Shown: in pieces, positions 61,398 to 64,000 of the stretch
Numbering within the stretch: the stretch's first letter is position 1
Layout of the letters: each line of letters begins with the position of its first letter
IMG/VR virus record: IMGVR_UViG_3300042387_001967
From: a virus
Reading direction: 5' to 3' (one strand)
Length of the DNA stretch: 64,000 nucleotides
Notes under the pieces: model-generated
What the model was told of the DNA's origin: nothing
The model's database searches: none
The model's input: only the letters and a program-made list of their open reading frames with translations
Program-made: the position numbers and the translations under genes

Positions 61398-62726
61398 TCA
61401 CAACCACCTAATACGATCATGATACGTGAGCGCCTTGTCAACAAAAGAGCACACTGTCGGATCTGCATCGTGTATGCGTCGAAAAAGATTTCCCTCCTCA
61501 CCAAACTCAGAGTAGGACCATCCGAAAGAATTGTAGTAGTCCGCATCAAATGCAATTTGTCCTCCGTCGACGTGCCCTCCTGTAAGATGGCTTAACCCAG
61601 CCGCGCGAAAGTGACCATGATTCACTTCCTGTCGAAAGTGAATCATCTTGACCACGGGATTCTCTCTTACGTGAGCAACGAGGCTAGACACAAATTCCGG
61701 GTGAAGCAGATTGTCGTCTGACAGTATCAGCACCCAGGTCTTACTGAGGCTGCGGAGTGTGTCGTCCCATATACGAAGGTGGTCGCAAAACTGCATTCTC
61801 TCGGGTCTGTTCATTTTGACCAGCCACCGCAGATCCACACCGTCCGGAACCTGCGCGCTAGTAACTGAAGCAGCTACGCAAGGTAGCAACTGCGGACGAC
61901 TACAGAAGGTCAGAAGTGTCACGCGCAGGGTGGTGTCTGCGGGTTGTTTGATATGAGGTGCCAACTCGCCTTTGATGTTGTTCCAATGCGTGTGCACGCG
62001 TGAACCGCTCCAGAAATTTTCGTTTTCACACAGTAGACTGACCATGTGATGCCACGGCTTGCTACCTAACCACAGTTCTGCGTGCATGCGCGCCCATGGA
62101 TTGCCGGCTATGTGAGGTCCTCCGCGCTCTCTGTAACTCGACACAGAATCAAGGCTGTTAATCCAGTCCGCTCTCGCCATCCAGAAATTACCACTGTAGT
62201 GCGGATGCTGTGGATTGTGCTGCCAGTTCACGCCGACCATATCCGCCGATTGGAGAAGCTGTAGGTTGTGCTGCCATCCGGTAACGATGTAATGCATCAT
62301 CACGCGACGCCAAGCGCCTTTGCAGGAATCGTGCGGCGCACTAACACCTTTCGTGTGTAGATACATCACGACACCGGACGGATGCTCTTCGCACCACACA
62401 TCCAGCGCAGCCAATGTAGGAGTTTCGTAATTATGGAAGTCGGGAGCGCTACCAACGATATCGAGATCGAATTGACGAAGCCACGCAACATCATCAGACG
62501 TCCCCAGCACGAAAGACTTCGGCCTGCCTAACCCGGCGGCTGTCAAGTGCGCCATCTGTTCCGTTACAACTTCTTTCCAGTTACCCATACACGCTATGTG
62601 ATAGAACACCTGCAAATCTTCCAAGGTATATGACACAGCAGATTCTCGCACGCCGCGCCTGAGATCGTAACCTGCTTTGCTGTGATAATCGATCAGTGTA
62701 GTCGTAGCGAATTGATCTACTGCCAT
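61398..62726 (-). CDS. Two-domain putative glycosyltransferase
   Basis: N-domain YETPTL...YLHTKG...HYSGNFW; C-domain GT-A-like LLTFCSRP...LILSDDNLL. ATG 62726 overlaps the GT25 stop. Confidence 0.6.
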   Translation of the reverse strand: MAVDQFATTTLIDYHSKAGYDLRRGVRESAVSYTLEDLQVFYHIACMGNWKEVVTEQMAHLTAAGLGRPKSFVLGTSDDVAWLRQFDLDIVGSAPDFHNYETPTLAALDVWCEEHPSGVVMYLHTKGVSAPHDSCKGAWRRVMMHYIVTGWQHNLQLLQSADMVGVNWQHNPQHPHYSGNFWMARADWINSLDSVSSYRERGGPHIAGNPWARMHAELWLGSKPWHHMVSLLCENENFWSGSRVHTHWNNIKGELAPHIKQPADTTLRVTLLTFCSRPQLLPCVAASVTSAQVPDGVDLRWLVKMNRPERMQFCDHLRIWDDTLRSLSKTWVLILSDDNLLHPEFVSSLVAHVRENPVVKMIHFRQEVNHGHFRAAGLSHLTGGHVDGGQIAFDADYYNSFGWSYSEFGEEGNLFRRIHDADPTVCSFVDKALTYHDRIRWL

Positions 62727-63484
62727 GTCATCGCCTCCAGTTTTTTTCCACTCACGTTGGAGGTGTTGGCACGTTGCCCGCAAATCCATTTCGCAGGGCA
62801 GTAGACTGGCCAGTCCGCGCGCTGATGCGCCAACTCCAGCTGGTGGTCGATGTGCTTGTTCGTGCCGACGTAATCCGGCATGTAGGACACGTGGTTGTAG
62901 ATCTTCTGGATGTAGGCGGCGCTGACTGCATAAGCGTGCGTCCTGTTCACCGACTTGCCGACGATGACATCCGGGTTTGGCGTCTTGCCGATCGGTCTCC
63001 TGTGCTGCCCGCCCAGGTAGATCTGGCCCCAATCGGCAGGCACGCTCGTCATGAAGCGTTTGAGATCCTCCAGCGCGTTGTCCAGGAAGAACACGTCGTC
63101 CTCCAGGATCAGGGCGCTGCCCCAGGTCAGCGCCTCGCGCTCGTCCCGGATGTGCATCAGGTCCTCGCATATGCGCCTGTGGCTCTGCAGGCAACCCCAA
63201 GCTCCGCGGCCGCCGCCCCACCCGGCAGGGTGCGACGTGTAGTCTCCGATGATCGCCGGGTAGACGGTGATCTTGTCGATATCCGCGAGCCCCTTGCTCG
63301 TGATCTCTTCCTTGAATTCCGCCAGGCGGTCGGGCCGGTGCTGGCAGTTGATTACGAACACGCGGTCGAACCAGTCGGTCAGCTTCGCGGGCGCGGCGAT
63401 CACCGGCTGCGGCGCCTCCGCGAGGCTGACCGTCGCGCCGTTCTTGCTGTGCGGTCTGCCCTTTGTGCTAGGTTTTAGGCTCAT
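62717..63484 (-). CDS. Glycosyltransferase family 25-like
   Basis: VFVINCQHRPDR, GCLQSH, LILEDD, THAYAVS. Confidence 0.8.
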   Translation of the reverse strand: MSLKPSTKGRPHSKNGATVSLAEAPQPVIAAPAKLTDWFDRVFVINCQHRPDRLAEFKEEITSKGLADIDKITVYPAIIGDYTSHPAGWGGGRGAWGCLQSHRRICEDLMHIRDEREALTWGSALILEDDVFFLDNALEDLKRFMTSVPADWGQIYLGGQHRRPIGKTPNPDVIVGKSVNRTHAYAVSAAYIQKIYNHVSYMPDYVGTNKHIDHQLELAHQRADWPVYCPAKWICGQRANTSNVSGKKLEAMTWQ

Positions 63485-63644
63485 GCTCTGTATGGGTGTC
63501 TGCTGTTGATTTACACTGCTGCGTGCCGCGGGTGTCGTCAACGCGAACGTCATTCAGCGCCGTGGATGCTTTTGCAATTCGGGCGACAGCGCAAGCGATT
63601 TCGCAGTCCTCTCCCGGCTTCCGGTTGGTCCGCAGCACGCAGCA

Positions 63645-64000
63645 TCAGATCAGTGTGAACGTCCCGTTGTCGAACACGGTAACGGTAGCGACAGTCTTTG
63701 CGGCAGGCACGGCCGTGATGTTCGGGTTGAAGCCGGGAGTGATGGTCAGCGGAGGCGATGTGACGCCGTTATATGTGACGGTCACGGTTGCGGTCGAACC
63801 CCTCCTGAACCACCAGTCCGCCTTGAGGTCCAGCACGGTTGACGTGGTCCACGCTCCGGCCGTAAGGGCGTCCTCGGCGCTGATGTAATAGTCCTCGTGC
63901 CCGCCGGTCCATGGTACAGAGAAGTCCTGCCAGAGCATATACGCGGCAGAAATACCGTTAGCATACCAGCCTAGTGTGTTACCCAGAAACGCAGTGCTGG
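63645..64000 (-). CDS. C-terminal part of a probable tail/fibre protein (runs off the right edge)
   Basis: Frame open from the window edge; Thr/Val-rich beta-strand character. Confidence 0.45.
   Translation of the reverse strand, partial: STAFLGNTLGWYANGISAAYMLWQDFSVPWTGGHEDYYISAEDALTAGAWTTSTVLDLKADWWFRRGSTATVTVTYNGVTSPPLTITPGFNPNITAVPAAKTVATVTVFDNGTFTLI

Noticed and set aside
61373-61555. 60-aa minus ORF
   Set aside because: Overlaps the glycosyltransferase 3' end by 158 nt in another frame, with no motif.
62727-63221. N-terminal 165 aa of track ORF 61398-63221
   Set aside because: Overlaps the GT25 gene out of frame; the real start is probably ATG 62726.
63468-63647. Possible TGA readthrough of the tail-like gene (LI*CCVLRT..., 59 further codons)
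   Set aside because: The upstream protein ends naturally and a chain of short overlapping ORFs explains the gap equally well; no independent support.
1-64000. Genome-wide stop-codon reassignment
   Set aside because: TGA, TAA and TAG all end well-supported genes, often in ATGA overlaps, and long genes are intact under code 11.

Overview
64-kb slice of a large, GC-rich, myovirus-like tailed phage genome, mostly minus-strand and tightly packed with many ATGA overlaps. Left to right: truncated portal-like gene; two separate genes each carrying a fragment of an RpoB-like RNA polymerase subunit fused to unrelated domains; a replication/recombination module (intein-bearing RecQ, RecA-like with degenerate Walker A, UDG-PolA fusion, Pif1/RecD-like helicase, MazG-like, gp88-like, DnaG-like primase, intein-bearing DnaB-like helicase, RecU-like resolvase, UvsW-like helicase, a solo RAMP-like protein, SbcCD, RNase H); a nested-palindrome candidate origin at about 27.3-27.6 kb; a terminase large subunit fractured into two genes that are apparently rejoined by an atypically split intein, with an antisense gene between the halves; a promoter/terminator-rich region with two candidate structured RNAs; head-associated, baseplate and sigma-factor genes; and a glycosyltransferase/LpxA-like cluster. 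No tRNA, rRNA, CRISPR array or integrase was seen. All family assignments come from motifs read by eye, not from database searches; several start codons were moved from the ORF track to better-supported downstream starts.
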